64,000 nt of DNA, taken from NCBI GenBank assembly GCA_964570585.1, contig CAZMYR010000001.1:17441-81440 (forward strand), in the 5' to 3' direction. Made by a program: the position numbers and the translations under genes. The notes under the pieces were generated by a model, which was not told where the DNA came from, did no database searches, and was given only the letters and a program-made list of their open reading frames with translations. The number at the start of each line of letters is the position of its first letter. Within the stretch, counting starts at the first letter, position 1. The stretch is from an uncultured Planctomycetia bacterium. GTDB taxonomy: Bacteria > Omnitrophota > Gorgyraeia > JABMRG01 > JAFGKX01. This document shows, in pieces, positions 34,101-49,100 of this stretch.

Positions 34101-37100
34101 GCTACCCTACTCTTAACAATAAGATGCCTTGAGACCCCCAATATAATTAGGGCTGCAACCAATAGGCTCGATGCGTTTATCCAGGTCTCTATACTATAAT
34201 CTGCAATAAACCTTTCTGTGTCTCTTTGTGCCACGGGCACTGCCGGCATTGTGCTTTCTATTACACGCCCTTCTGCATCTAGGAGAATCTCTGCAGTAGA
34301 GATAGAGGGGCTTCCTGGAATAATTATGAATCCTTGTCCTGAATCTACGTTATTTTGAGATATTTTATCAAAATCTTTTACTATCAATTCAGGCATCAAT
34401 GAAGCTCCAACAGAAGGGTATTTATTCAACTCCGCAATGGCCCAATTTGTGGCATTACCATGGTTTAGTTTCACGGCCATTCTCAAGAACCTTGCGGTAA
34501 GTTCAGGAGAAATAGCATCGCCTTCTCTCCTTAGAGTTATTTTATTTTTCCAATCAAGGCCCCATTTTCCATCGACAGTTACGCCATGCGCCCGGACAAG
34601 GTTGTCCAAGGAAGCCTTTAACTTCCCTCCATTTACTCCCATCACATTAGCTGCCTCAAGGAATGATAGCCAGTCATCAGGTGAGGACAGAAACTCTGCG
34701 AGCAATCTAATCTTTCCTGAACGCCAATCTTTCACCTCTCTAATACTTTTCGGCACGCATCCCTGCTCCTCAAGAACTGGCAACACATGGTTTATCAACC
34801 ATTCCTTCTGCTTTTTCAGGACATCAGCTATATTAATATTAATCTCTTCTAATCTCTTCTTTATTTCTTCCGGCAAGGTATCCTTATCCAATTCATCCAC
34901 ATATTTCAGCAAAAGGTATGCTTCCGAATTAGTGCCAACCGGATAATATACCTTTTCCTTTCCGGCATATTCCATATATTGGGCAAAACCGTCATCACCG
35001 GCTTTCCTCCTGAAACTCAATGCTGTTTCCAAAAATCTTCTGGCTGTCGCTATTGCCGCCAACTTATCCTCTTCCCGCTCAGCTTTTTCAGCAAGCTTAA
35101 ATGCCGCATCTGCGGCAGCTATTTGCGCCAAAGCCGTAGCTTTTGATTCAAATACTACAACCTCGTCCTCTGCGCTCTTTAATATTAGTTCTTCCGGATT
35201 GCCTGTATACAGATGATAGAATCTGGTTAAAGCTTTTTGTTTTCCATCTATGGTTCTCTGGTTGCTGTAGAATTCTAATATTTTCTTAACCGCAGCAAGC
35301 GCTTCGTCTTTTTTAGAGCGGAGTAAAAAAGGCACGATATATTTTAATTCATAAACAGTATCGACGTAATCAGAATATGGTGAGGTCGGTATTAGGCCTG
35401 TTTTTTCGTTTTGTGAATTTATCAGCATCTCTACTGCAGCATCAAGCTCTACACCTCCTATGGCTAAAGGCGCAACCTCCTCTGAATAAGGCAAAGTTAA
35501 ATTTTCAAATAGAGTGGGTAATAATTTTATTTGTTTATACCGATTTTCATATTCTTCAATTGTGGTTATTTTCGGCGCTCTTTTCTTGACTTCTTCGTCA
35601 ACATTGGGGTCTTTTAATAAGCCCAGCTTTCTGGCCACAGTCGGAACTACATTCACATGCAATGCACTGAAATGTCTTCCAAGCCAATCATCTCCTTTTA
35701 CAGGATAGACTATATCGTAATTGTCTCCATAGGCAAGGGCAACAACCCCCTCCAGCTGATTCATAATAGCGGGATTTACAACTGTTAGTACATTGCCCGC
35801 TATGCCATCAGGATCAGGAATTTCATAAATTGCTACTCTTCCATCTGGCAATTTTGCCATTTTGCATAAACTGATGAAGTTACCATTAGCATCCAGGATA
35901 TAACGTGGTATAGGCTCATCCTGATTTGAGTTAACATCATATACTGTGGTATACCATCTGGGTTGATTTGCTTCCAGTCTCGGTGAACGAACTCCAAGCA
36001 AGTGGCTTCCGTCTCTGTCCATTATTCTAAACGTGGTCGTTCCCTGGCGGGAGGTAAATGTGGCAAGAATATGGTCTGAATCAACATCGACACCACTTAT
36101 AATGTGGTTTTTGTATATGCGCTTTAGCTCTTTGCCTCTTCCTGAGATTGCACCATCCCCTAAAAGCTGCACAGTAGTAAAGCCAAGCCTTATCGGCTCT
36201 GCCCCTTTATAATACAATCTTACAGCCTCTATCGAGGTAATATCAATCCCTGCATCTTTGAGGGCCTGGATGGATAAAACTCTTATATTTCCATGCTGGA
36301 TAGAATCTATCGGGGCAACAACTACGGAATATCTATCTGCCTCTTTACCGTTCTTAAAATGAATCTTATTCATACCTACAGGAATCCACAACGGTACCTT
36401 TTTAGTTGTTCTGCCGTCAGTTACTTCAACCTCAAATTCTACCGTATCCTTATCCGCGTCTAAGTAGAAATATAGAAATTCAAATCCTGAAGCATCATCT
36501 CTGCCATTAGCTAATCTAAGATCGAGATGGTTGCCCGGAACAAGGGTATGGTATGCAAAAGGAGTGTCTGTAACTTCAGGAAGAGAATATACTATCTTCT
36601 GGGCTGGCTCACCCTTAGACCCTATTCTCCTATCTATAACCAACCTCTCCTCTCCTGTCCTCGCATCAACCCATACCTCTCCAGTATATAATATATCGCC
36701 GTTAGGCGCATACTTAGTAGATTTCTTTACTATATAACGGCCTGCCAGCATATCAGGCAGATATGGGTTTCGCATTATATCTCTTTTTACTACATCGTCT
36801 TCCCGCTTCTTTGTCTCTTTGATTATGTTATTATTTTCATCAAGCACTACATCATAAGTTATGCTGTTATCTTCAAAACCTCGCCTATCATAATTAATCA
36901 CGGTATATATCGCATTTCCAAAAGAGAACCTTCTGATAAGGTAATACAGTAACCCTTCAGAATCTACAATCATACTTAGCCATCTACCATCTGGCAGTTT
37001 GTTCATATCCTCATAGTAAACTTTTCTATCGTCCTGCTCTAATCTGTAAAAAGCTATATAATAGTCGTTAATTACACCTGCTCCATGGCCATGTTTGTTC

Positions 37101-40100
37101 ATTCTATCCTTTGCGGCCTGGGGCAAATCCTCAAAATTTACCCTTACACTCTTACCAAAGAATTTGTCAAAACCTATAGTGCCATTGGGGTTATCTATGC
37201 GCTCATATGTTTTTGATACAACGTCGCCTGGCTGCGGATTCTGTGATTTATGCTTTATGACAATCTCAACCGTATCATCCCAGATTCTGGCGTAGGTCTT
37301 ATCCCTGCCGGGAATACGGGCACAGTAGAGAGCCAAGGGTGGGATTGGCACATTGGACTTATTATTATGCATCTGGGCTATTCTGACTATTCTTTCTACT
37401 GCAGGAGCGTAGCGATTGATACCTAATTCTGTTAAGTCGGCAGCGGTAAGAATATAACGGCCTCTGCCGATGCCAACCTCTTTGAGTTTATCATCAGAAA
37501 TATCTAACTTTGTTGTATCAACTATATAGACATAAGATTGGCCCTTGTAATGGCCGCTTTCGGGGTCAGCGCTCCAGGATTCAAGACGGGCTATATCAAG
37601 CGCTGTCTCAAAGAGTTTCTCGCCTTCATTGAGCTTAAAGGCATGCTCGCCCTCTTCCTGGTTAAGCTCATCATATCTGCTGTAGCTGAATATGCGCTTC
37701 TGTACATCATAGTAGCCTACGGTCCTGCCAAGTTTATCTATATTAACAGCTACAGGTTTTAAGGTTCCGTCCGGCTGGCGCTTTTTAACATCTGTTGCAA
37801 TAGGCGCGTATTTATCAATCTCACCGGCTACCTCTTTAAGGGTTAATTTAAGGTTATCTTTTTCCTCGCCCTCCGGCTTCATCTCTACATTGCGCGGGTT
37901 CTCTGCAACCTCATCTGCCTTTCTGCCTTCAAAAGCCATCTCATTTTCATCTATATAATACAGGAGCGCTCCTTTAGGATTGCCTTTTGAATCTAGTAAT
38001 TCAACGCTCAATGTGCCATATACCTGCGTAGTGGCGTCGATATTAATGGGCTTTTGGCCGTTTAATGTATAATTTTCTATCTTTATGCGCCTCATTCCGC
38101 CTTTTTGAGGCTCAAATATGCCAACATAGGTAAATGCGTCAGTAGTGCTATGCACTTCACTCACGCGGCCTTTTATGGTTTCTTCAATCTCGATGCCTTT
38201 ATTTTCCGGCTTATTTTCAAATTCTATAAACTTCTTCTGGGCTTCATATAGTGACTTTCCGTAGAATGCTCTTGTTATTTTGTCTCCAAAAGTATCGCCT
38301 TTAATTATTGCCACAACTGCAAACTCTCTAAGTTCTTCTTTAACCTTGTGCTTTGAAGAGTACTCTTTGGGCCTTTCTTCGATATTCGCTAAGTTATTAT
38401 CTTTGCAGATAAAGTTTAACTGCTCTATAGCTTTACCATCTTTCGTCTCAAGCCCCAGGTGCCTTATATCTACTACAAACCTTTTATCTCTCGCATAAGC
38501 GCTTCTGTCATTTGCCTGTTCAATCTCAGAGTTCCCTTTTGCATATTCGATGTGAACCCACTGCAATTCTTCACGCTCCTCGCCATTCTTCATCTCGTGC
38601 ACGTCAGAAGCAGTAGCAGTTATCACCTTGTCGTAGCCAGTTGCTGGCTTTGAAGCAAGCACAGCAACTGTAGTATTTTGCGGGTTTAGTTCGCCGTCGG
38701 AGACGGCTCCTACACCCGGGTTTATTCCTATATATACGCGCCGTGAATTATTGGAATACCTTTTGAGTTCTCCTATTTGCTCTGTAGCTTCATTGTATTT
38801 GTAGGTATTTTCACCTATTACCTTTCTTGCCTTATTTAAAACAGCAAAGCTTATCTCGCCATTTATTGCTTTGGCTATGCGCACACCATCATGCCTTATA
38901 TCAAAGAACTCGATATCCTGCCAGCCATCGTCAAGGCGGAAATTCTTTGCTGCCTTTACTTCTGTGAAGCGGACGTAACCGCTGGCATCAAGCTCTTCGA
39001 GAGAGTTAAATGTTTTATATTTAACATCTTTTTGAGCAGGCGCATATTGATATCCTATGAAGAAATTACCAAGAGAAACAGGTATGGATACTATTCCCAG
39101 CTTCAATGCCTTTTGGATGTTTTCAATCGTCTGCGTCTCTTTAAATGCTTTTGCGATTTCAATATACTCATCCCTTTTCCTCTCTTTGTATTTGTCTTTA
39201 TTTTCAAATGTAATCCTTAAATCTTCTTCACCTGAATCCTTATAAGTTATAATTGTAAATTCCCCATTTACAATATTCTCTTCTTCAATTATCCGGCTTT
39301 GTTCATCAAGGGTAAATCTTATTTCAGCAACCCTGTGGCCGGATCTGTCATATTCTGTCCTGGTATATGCCCTTATCTTGTAGGCTTTTCTCTTGGTAAA
39401 GCCGGTAACATGACCAATGTCTTCAAAATAGGTTATCTCGCTAAAGTCGTAGAATAAACTACCGTCATCAACTCTAATGGTTTTGAGAGGATAACCCTTC
39501 TCTTCATGATAGGTGGTAGCTATATCTACAAAGCCTTCATCAGGCAGCCAGATGCCTTCTTCTTCCTTTCTTACCAGCCAGCCATTCCTGAAGGTGGATA
39601 TGGAGCTCTTTTTGGTTACCTTATTGTAGACCTCGTAAACCACCTCATTTTTACTCTTATCTTCGCTGATTTTTTCTTTTACCACATCGGCCCAGTTAAA
39701 ACCTAACTGAAGATAGCCCTTATTTGCATCTTTTCCATCTAAGGACTCTTTCACAAAATCAACCGGATACCAGTTCCATTCACCATTTATTTCTACCCTG
39801 GCAAAGGTAACCAGGTGGGCTTTTTTGGTGTATTTATCAACTATCAGCTTCTTTCTGAGCGCATATTTTGAAAGGCCCTCTTTTGTCTTTATATATTCAT
39901 CTTCTCCATCGGACACCCTTATAATGGCATAATTGTCTTGAATGCGGGTAAGTTCCTCATTTATTCTTGCTTTGCTCAGGCACATTACAACCTTAGGGAG
40001 TCTTCCATCCTGAGGTATCAATCTCATATATCTTATATCAAGGGAAGGTGCATATTGCATCGGGACAGGGATATCGGCATCAAGGTCCTCTCTTCCTTCC

Positions 40101-43100
40101 TTTCCGCCTGTTTCTTTGTATCTTTCTTCATCTATTATTACATAATAACCCTCTGAGTCTTTTTTGATATCGCTTAATTCAAACAGGGTCTTTTCTACGA
40201 GGTTGCCTTTTTCATCCTCTACAAAAACGGCCTCTTCTTCCATCATCTCTGGCGTATAAACCAGGCCTTCAAGATAATGCCTTTCACCACCGGGCAGGGC
40301 TATGTAGTGTAATATACGGCCATCATCAGCAGTAGTCTCATCGATATTTACATAACAAAGTTCTCTCTGCTCAGGTGTCATATAACCTAATACGAGTATT
40401 CTGTTGAAATCCTGGCCTGTTAGCTCTTCTACCTTAAAGGTATCCCAGCTAACAGCGAGACCATTCTTGCCTCCAAGGAGATTCCTGTATTCTATAAGTG
40501 CGGCAAGGGTGGCACGCATAATCTCCGGCAGATGGACTACCTTAAGAAGTCTGCCGGTCTTTTTATCCACTAAAAGCTTATCCGCTGCGGTAAGGATTAT
40601 CTTTCTGGGCTTTCCTTTTTCTTCGGCTTCAAGGAGATAAACTACAGAACCGTCGTCTTGGACAGTCTTTATAATATGGTATCTTTCGGCAAGGGTCCTT
40701 TTGTCTGTATTTCCTATAAGCAGGGCTTGAGCCTCTATCTTATCTATGTTGATGTCTGTCTCAGACATCCGCCTGTAACGTTCTATCTCCTCTATATATT
40801 TATCTGTATCTCCTTTGAAAAGCCCCTCAATTTTAATCTGGCCGGTATGATTGACAAAATTATATTCAGTAAAATCATATAACTTAGCAGCGGTAAAGGA
40901 GGGGACAAACAGATAGCGCTTCAGGCCTCTGCCTTCTGTTGCCTCTTCAATATACTGCTGTCTTTTCCGGGCCTCCTGGATAAACTTTTTATATTTTTCA
41001 TCTATTTCTCTCTGTCTCTGGGCTTCTTCTCCTGCCAATTTGTCATCTGGAATACCCTGGCGATAGACTAAACGATAGAATGCGGTTATGCCCGGGTCTG
41101 CCCTGCCTCGGTCTATAACTGAACCCTCTCTGATATAACGTGGGAAGCTTCCTCCTGCCGTAGTTATGGCTGAATCCTGAAGGTTGTGGTTGACTACTCC
41201 AATTAGGGATGGGCTAATCTTTTGCTTATATACGTATGCCCGAAGTAAAGTAGCCTCAACATCAACTTCACCTTCTTTTTCGCCGATTCCGCTTATCGTA
41301 ACTTCTCTATACTGACCTGTTCCTTCTTCTATCCTGGCGGTTACGGTCTTATGGTTATCCTTTCCTATGGAATGGAGAATGCTTCTTAGGTCGCTACCGG
41401 TAACCCTTTCGACTTCACCCTCTTCAAGGAATAATAGCCAGGCCAGGGCCTCTCTTAAATTTCCTGGTTCTTTCTGTTTATATTTAATAGATTTAAATAA
41501 ACCAAATAATCCTTTGGTTTGCCCGGCGGTTATTCTTGAATAGACCCGATTATACTGGCGGTTCCAGATTAAGGCTCTGTTTCTGTTTACCCATCGGGTT
41601 ATCCTTTCAGCAGCTTTAGTGTATCTTTTGGGTTTACCCGGCTTTATCCTGAGGTGCTTGGAATACTCATTAAGAAATTTACGCACGGTTAAGTTATCGA
41701 GCGGGTTTATTTCGGTATGTCTTTTGTCCGCATAAATAGCTCCGTCTTTACCCTGGCGCCTTAAGATATCCTCTGCCAGTTGATAGAGATAGCTACCAAT
41801 CTGCTCAGAAATATCGGCTTCAGGGTACCTTTTTATATGCCTCAGCATGCTCAAGCCTAAGCGGACGCTGGAAGTAATATCCTCTCTCTGCCCGGGTATC
41901 TTTCTTTCGGCATTATCAACCCCAATTCTGTCATTAAAGAAGGCTGTTGCCTCTTGCTCAGAAACGGGCTTGATAGACCTGGCCTTTCGGTTAAAGATAT
42001 CAAGGTAAGTCTCGTATATCTGTGGTGCAAGCCCTTCATCCGATTCTGCCACATAGACGTTATTCCTGGTAAGAGTAAATGAGAGTCCCGGCCTGGTCGG
42101 AAAGCCTGTTGGATTCTGGGCCATCTGGCGGATAAAATGCTGAGTGCCGGAGGTCATCGGACTTCTGGCCGGGGAGACCCCAAACTCTTCCATAGCCTCA
42201 TCAATTCTTACTTCGCCGGTTAGTCCGGGCCAGGGCATACCCCGGACTTCCTCAGTGGGCAACGAAGTTCTCTTTATCCAGGCCTTGGCCTCATCAAGCA
42301 TATCCTTGGTGGTCGGTATCTCACCGTAGGCAAACTCAAGCCCGCTACTGTATAGAGTCTCACTTCCTAAGAATGCCCTGCCTTCAAATCTGGCCTGCAG
42401 ATTATCAGCTATATCAATATAAGGAGTTTCTATCCCGCTATCGACTCCGCTATCTTCACCAAACCGCTCCAGGCCTAAGGTCATCTTGATTCCGGTCCTG
42501 GGGTCGGTGTAATTAAATCCTGCTCCGGTGTTAAAAATACTGGCCTTAGCCGAAGGTTTAATCCCAATCGGATTTCCGTCAAAATCATGGATATTCGTTA
42601 TACCGGTGGCCTTACCGTCTACCCATCCGGTCTTGGCAAAGAGGCTGAAGTTCCCGCTAACGGTGTAATCAATCTTTCCGCCCATAGCGGTAGTGGTTCC
42701 CTCAACCTGATTAAGCCCGTTTCCTTCGTTTACCGCCAGAAGTCCTACTCCGCTTAACATAACCCGGTCGTTTATATCAATGCTCGGATGGGCGAATAGT
42801 CCGTAAACGGTGCTGGTGGTCTCTGTAAATTTCCTCCGGTTAGAAACCATATCCAAATCCAGATACTCTATATATTCACCTGCAAATGGACCGGCCATTA
42901 AGGTTCCGGCGGATTTTTTATCTTTGCCCTCCCATTCAATCTCCAGCGGTAGAGCTACGAGTTTGATAAACTTACCATCAGCAAGTTTGTGATTTACCAA
43001 CAACCCGTGAACCCTGGCATTTCTATTTATTCTATAGATATCCTCAATAGCAGAGGTGCGGGTATTAAGCTCATAGCCTATCGGAAGGGCCAGGAGTCTC

Positions 43101-46100
43101 TCCCAGTTTATCCAGTCAAATCCAGTAACTTCACCAAAACCTATATTATGAAGTTCCTCATAGGTAAAGATTAAATCTGAAAATGCATCCCGGTTTAAAG
43201 CAATCTTAACTGAGAAGTCCCGGACATGGCTTAAGGCCCTTTGAGTATATTCTGCAGACCATTCTTCTTTAGCCGCTATCTTCTCTACTGCATCCTCAAG
43301 ATAGGCCCGAATCTGTTTTGAGCTGGCAGCCAGGGTCTTTTCCAAATCCTCTTCTACCTCAGGAGTAATCTGACCTAAAACCTTAGTCCTCAGCATCCGC
43401 ATATGGCGTTCTTCAAGCAGAAATTTAAAACTCTTATCCAGCACCGCCTCTGCGGCCATAGATAATCTGGCCTCTGAGGCATCCAGGCCCAAATACCAAT
43501 CGTAGGCATCTATTATGGTCTCCTCCCGGTATTTAAAATATCCGGCATCTCTGGCCAATATCTCTAAAAATTCCTCCCTGGCCTCCTCCGGCATCTGGGC
43601 TAAGTAATCTTCAAAATCCATCTGACCATAATATCCCCAGTTTACATTCCGGGCATACCGCTGTAACTCTGTCCATCGATTATTTGCTCCATTGGGATTG
43701 TTTTCAAAATCAACCGCAACACCATAGCGGTCTATGTCGCTCTGCATGCCCCCTATGTTGGCCTCTATACCCTCTATTCCATCCTCACAGGACAGAATAT
43801 AATTTTCCAGCGCCTGTTTCATTGCAGGGTCCATGCCGGGGTTATCGGCAATAGTCTCTTCTGTCTGTTCTATGCGTTGACGTAACTCATCCTGTTCATC
43901 CTGGTATTCCTGGATAAGGCCATTTATGTCATCAATCACCTCTTTCTGCCATTGGTTATACTGAAGCTGCAAGGCCTGGAAGTATCTCTCATATTGAAGT
44001 TTGGCGGTTAGCGCCCCGGTCTGCTCAAGCATCCTTATCACACTCTGGAGTCTTTCCTTTCTAATATTCTGCCGGCTGATAAGGTGTTCTTCGTTTCTTT
44101 TAAGATATAAATATAATATCTGTTTGTACTCTTCTAAGCTGAGGGAGGCTGATTCTGCCTCTTTTTTGAGTTCTTCCTCTATGGCTTGAGGCGACTTCTC
44201 GGTAATATCAAGGAGTCTCTTCACTAACCCCTTTTTACCTCCGAAACGCTTGATATTCTCAAGAATATAGGCCCTAATCTTTTTCCCATACTCTGTCTCA
44301 AAGAGGCCAAGCGCTGTCTCTTCAACTTTGGGCTCGCGGACTGTAGGTATGCGGGTATAGGGGTTGAGCTGATATCCAAATGTTCTTTCGCCAAGATATG
44401 GCAGTCTATCGCCTATGGTCCGAGAGGCCTCAGCCTCCTGGCGTTTCTCTTCCATCTGATGGTGGGTATCGGTATATTCTATTACTGCAGGGATAACCTG
44501 GGGGTTGCCCTCTGAATCTATATAGGTAACCTGATTGGGATACTCAAAGCTAACCAGAGTATCTTCGCCAAGAGTCACCTCGCCGATACCAGGATAATTA
44601 ATTTTTTTGCCAAACAGGTCGATGACCCGATTCTCCTTTATTATATGAAGGGCCAGAGGCTTGCCTTCCAGACTCTTATATTCTGTGATAATATTGCCGG
44701 AAATATCTCTTAACCTGCCTTCTATATCCTGCAGATAGATAGCATCCGGAGTGTAGATAATGGCCTTAATATTTTTAACCACATCGGCCTCAAACCCAGC
44801 CACAAAATTCTGCTCATTTTCTATGACAGCACCTAAATTGATTTCGAGGCTGTCCTGGTCTATGTCTTTGCCATCTATTGTTACCGAAGTTATTCTTCCG
44901 TCTACATCAACCTCTATCCTGACAGGCTGACCGTATTCTGTCTTTAGATTTACTTCTTCCACATTGGGCATAAAGTAAAGGTGGGCAGCTTCTTTCTTAT
45001 CCACCTCGGTAAAGCCCAGGCTTTCAAGATAGGCTTTATCTTTAGTTTCTATGCGATATTCATATCTGGTCACCTCTTTTATTTTGGGCTTGCCGTTTTT
45101 GAGGATATCTTCAAATAGCTCTATATTTTTCTTTAGCGCCTCTGCGCTCTCTTTCAGCTTAGCTTGCTCTGTGGTACCAGCAGCAAACCTTAGCTGTTCA
45201 TTGACTCTCTTTAATCTATCCTCCAGTTGCTTAAGGAGGCGCTTGTAGAAATCTCTCTCTGGGCGGGTGAGCTTCTGGCGGATAAGATTACCTTCTGCAT
45301 CTTTAGCCCGCTCAAACCGCTTTATCGGTATCCTTCTGAATATCAGATTAGCCGGCAGCAGGCCTTCTTCATCCACAATCTCCGTAGTCTCATCAAGCCG
45401 CACCCCGCAGAGGATTCGTTTACCGGTAAATAGCTGATAGCGTAAATCCATATCCCTTAATGAAGGCATTACCAGCTCTCCCCGTCGGGAGACAAAGCTC
45501 TGGGTCATCAAAAAGCTCTCCCCATCATTGGCCCTGGTGAAGGTATTCTTTCTGGCTAAGGGCATATTGGCCGGAATAATCGAAGGTATATCCTCGCTGA
45601 AGAAGGGTTTTCCGGTCTGAGGGTCAATCAACACTGCTCCTCTGGCTTCCTGCATATAGGTAATAATCTGGGACATCCGCTGCATATCCCTTCCGGTAGG
45701 AATAAGGAACATATGCCCTTCTTTTAACCAGCGGTTTTCTTCAGGTCTATCACTCTCAAGGAATTTTCTTACTCTTTCATCATACATTCTTAACTGATAA
45801 AGGACCTGCTTCTGGAGTTTATACCTTCCGTTCTCCTTTATCCGGTTGCCTCTTCCGTCTCTTAAATAAACATAGCGGCAGGCCTCCTGAATCTGAGTCA
45901 GGCGGGCATCAGTATGGTAGATTTTCTGGTCGCTTACCTTAAAGAAGTAGGCCTTCTCTGGATTCTTGGGATGGTAAACATAAAAGCCTTTTCCTTCTAC
46001 GAAGCTGTTGGCTTCAGCAATTATGGCATCTTGACCGAATATTCCTAAGAACTTGCGATTTTTAGTTAGGGCCGCTTTAATCTCTCTTAAGGATTTTATA

Positions 46101-49100
46101 TCTTCAAGGCCTTCAAAGCCGAGCCTTCTCAACTCCTCAGTAGTAAGTTCTTCCCCAAGCTCCACATCCGGTCTTTCTATGCTCCAGTAGGCAGTATCCG
46201 TATCAACTTCAGTATCTGCTGCTGCCAGCAGCCAGACCATAAGCTGCTCCGGAGCAAACTGATAGGTTCCAAGCTCATCACCTAAGGCCAGGCGCAGCCA
46301 GGTTACCAACATATGAGGCAAGTCTGTAAAGTTCTGAGGACCAGCTAATTTTGCCTTGGTCCAGTTTCCTTCAATTATATTAATGCTAGTCCTTTTTTCT
46401 CCATCTTCACCTTTTATCTTCTTACTTTCATAAAGCAAATTCTGGGGATTATTAACCCAGACATGGACACAAAAGGCGTCCGGCAATAAACCTCCACCCT
46501 TTTCTTCAACTTCTTTAATGGCCGGTGCAGTAGTCAACTCATATAGGACAGCTAAGGCTAAAGCAGGATAGGCCTCTGGGGAAATATCAGTGCCGGCCAA
46601 ACCAGCACCGACTACATCCAGAACCTGCTGGAGGTTGAAATTATTCGGAGTTTCAACGCCAATGAAGTTTCCGTCTCCTAATCTGACCAGGCCTGCTCCC
46701 AGAGAAGTGGGTGTGCCTATATGAAACTTTAGCTTAAAGCGCTTATCCATATGCTCAAACATCTCTGCGGCGTACCATTTGTGGGTTCTCTTATATTCAT
46801 CATAGTCAACTATGAATCTTAAGAACTGCTCCAGGCCCCCTTCTGCATCGCTCTCCGCCTTCTCTTTCTGTATCTTATAGTATTCTTTGGCCTTCATCCG
46901 CCTCTGGATATCATCGGCGATGAGCTCTAATTGCTTCTTAAGGTCGTTCTGGGCCTCTTCAGAAAGCTCTTCGTTCTTCTCAACTAACTTTTTAGCCCGC
47001 TTCTTAAACTCCTCCCAGGCCTGTTTTGCCTCATCGTTCATCGGCATGGTAGGTACGTCCTTATGCCTGCGTAAGATATCCTCTTGCCTTGCTGCTACTA
47101 CTGGCTGGGTTACAGGTTGAACTGCTGCAGGCGGGATTGTCTTTATCACGGCTTTTATGGCAGCTCTTAATATCTGCAAGCTGACTAAGACATTCGGGTC
47201 TGTTATGCCCAATCTTCTGGCCTTTTCAGTAAGTTGTGCGCGGGCAGCAGCTAATTTCCGCTGTTGAGTGGTTAACTCATCCTGCCTCTTATTAAGCTCT
47301 TCTAACTGTTCAAGAACAGCCTCAAGCTGGGTGATATATTCCAGTTCTTTGTTGATAGCTGGGTCTATCTCCTGCTCAAGCTGGGTTAAGGAGTTGGTGG
47401 TATCTGCTAATGCTTTCTCGAGCTTGGTAAGCTGTTCTTTAAAGGCCTGGAACTGGGGTAGGGCCTGGGCCTGTTGGCTTAGTTTTTCAGTAATGGCCTG
47501 AATCTTTTTTTGTAAGGCGGCCTGCTGGTCTCTTAAGGGCAGGATCTTTCTGGTAGTATCTGAGGAGGAGTCGATGATATCTTTTATCCGGTATCTTAAG
47601 CTATGCTCATTTAAACGAGCGGCTAAGTCGATTAGGCCTAATTCCCTAATGCTTTCGGCAAGTTCACTGCGGGCTTCTTCTATAGACCGGGCCTGGGCTG
47701 ATAATTCATTCTCTTTCTGCAGCAGCTGCCCCAATTCTCCAAGCAGCGCTTCCAGTTGGGGTATATTCTCTGGGGCTATTGCTGGCTGTGCTTGAGGCTG
47801 GGCTGGTTGAGCTGGTCTTTTCTCTTCGGCTGGTTTTTCTACTTTGGCTGCTCTTTCCGCTTGGGCTGCTCTTTCTGGTGGCGGAGGCGGTACTACTGTC
47901 CCAGCCTCAGGTTCTTCATATTCTCGCTGTAAAATCTGCACAAGCTGCTCCAGTAATTGTAACCGCTGCTCCAGCCGTTTAATCTCTCCTTCAAGATGAA
48001 CAATGTGGGCAGGGATACCGACTTCTGGCGCAAGAAGCTTCTCTTGTTCCTGGAGGAGTCTCTCTTTAGTAAGGTCTTCTGCTGGGAAGTCAGGGTCTAT
48101 CTCTTGGACTTTTTTTAAGAGGTTCTGGTCTATCCGTGGCTGCAATGATAAAAGCCCTGCGATATTTGCAAGCTGAGTTTTTATCTGCTCAGCTTCTTTT
48201 ATTTGCTCATCTGTAGCTTTCTTCTGTATCTGCTCAAGGATGTACTTCTGTTGCGCAAGCATAAGTTCTGCTAACTTAGCCTGTGCGGTTGTTTTCTCAA
48301 GAGGGGTCTCTGCCTGCCCTAACTCCTGCTGGGCTTTTTCTATGCCTGGTTTAAACCTTTCTTCTGCATCAGGAGCGAGTCTGGCATATGCGGCAAGGCG
48401 GGTTGAATGTTCTTTTTTGAGGCGTAACCGTTGTAATGCGTTATTTAATTGCTCAATCTCTCTTTCAATATCAGCAATATCCTCAACCCGAACAATGTGA
48501 GGTCCAATGCCTATCTCTGATATAAGAAGCTTCTGTCTAATTTCGCGGAGGGCTACTGTTAAACGAGCAGATATATTCTTTTCTTCTGCTTCTTTATTAT
48601 ACGATTCTATTAAGTCGTTTAACTCCTGCTCTACAGCACTAATTTGTAGGGTAAGGGTCTCTATCTCTTTATCAAGTTCTTTCTGTGCTTCTTCTTTTTC
48701 TTCAGAAGCCCTTTGCTCTTTTAATCCTTTCAGCGTTCGTTTTTGCTGATTAAGAAAAGTATCTAATTGTTCTATCTGTTGCCTTAATGACAGCAGTGTT
48801 TCGATATCTTCTAATCGCTGCTTTATTATATCGAGCTCTTCTTTTTGCTCATCAGTTGCGCTGTTTCTAATCTGCTCAAGGATGTATTCCTGCTGTGCCC
48901 GAATAAGCTCAGTGAGCCTGATTTGCGCAGTTACCTTATCAGGGTCTGTTACAGCCTCACTTAATTCTTTATGGGCATCTTCTATCTGCGATTTAAATTT
49001 TTCTTCAGCATCGGGGGCAAACTTTCTATATAAGGCAAGGCGCTTTCTCTGTTGCTGGCCCTCTTTTATGCGTTGCCTGAGTTGCTTAAATTGTCCTTCC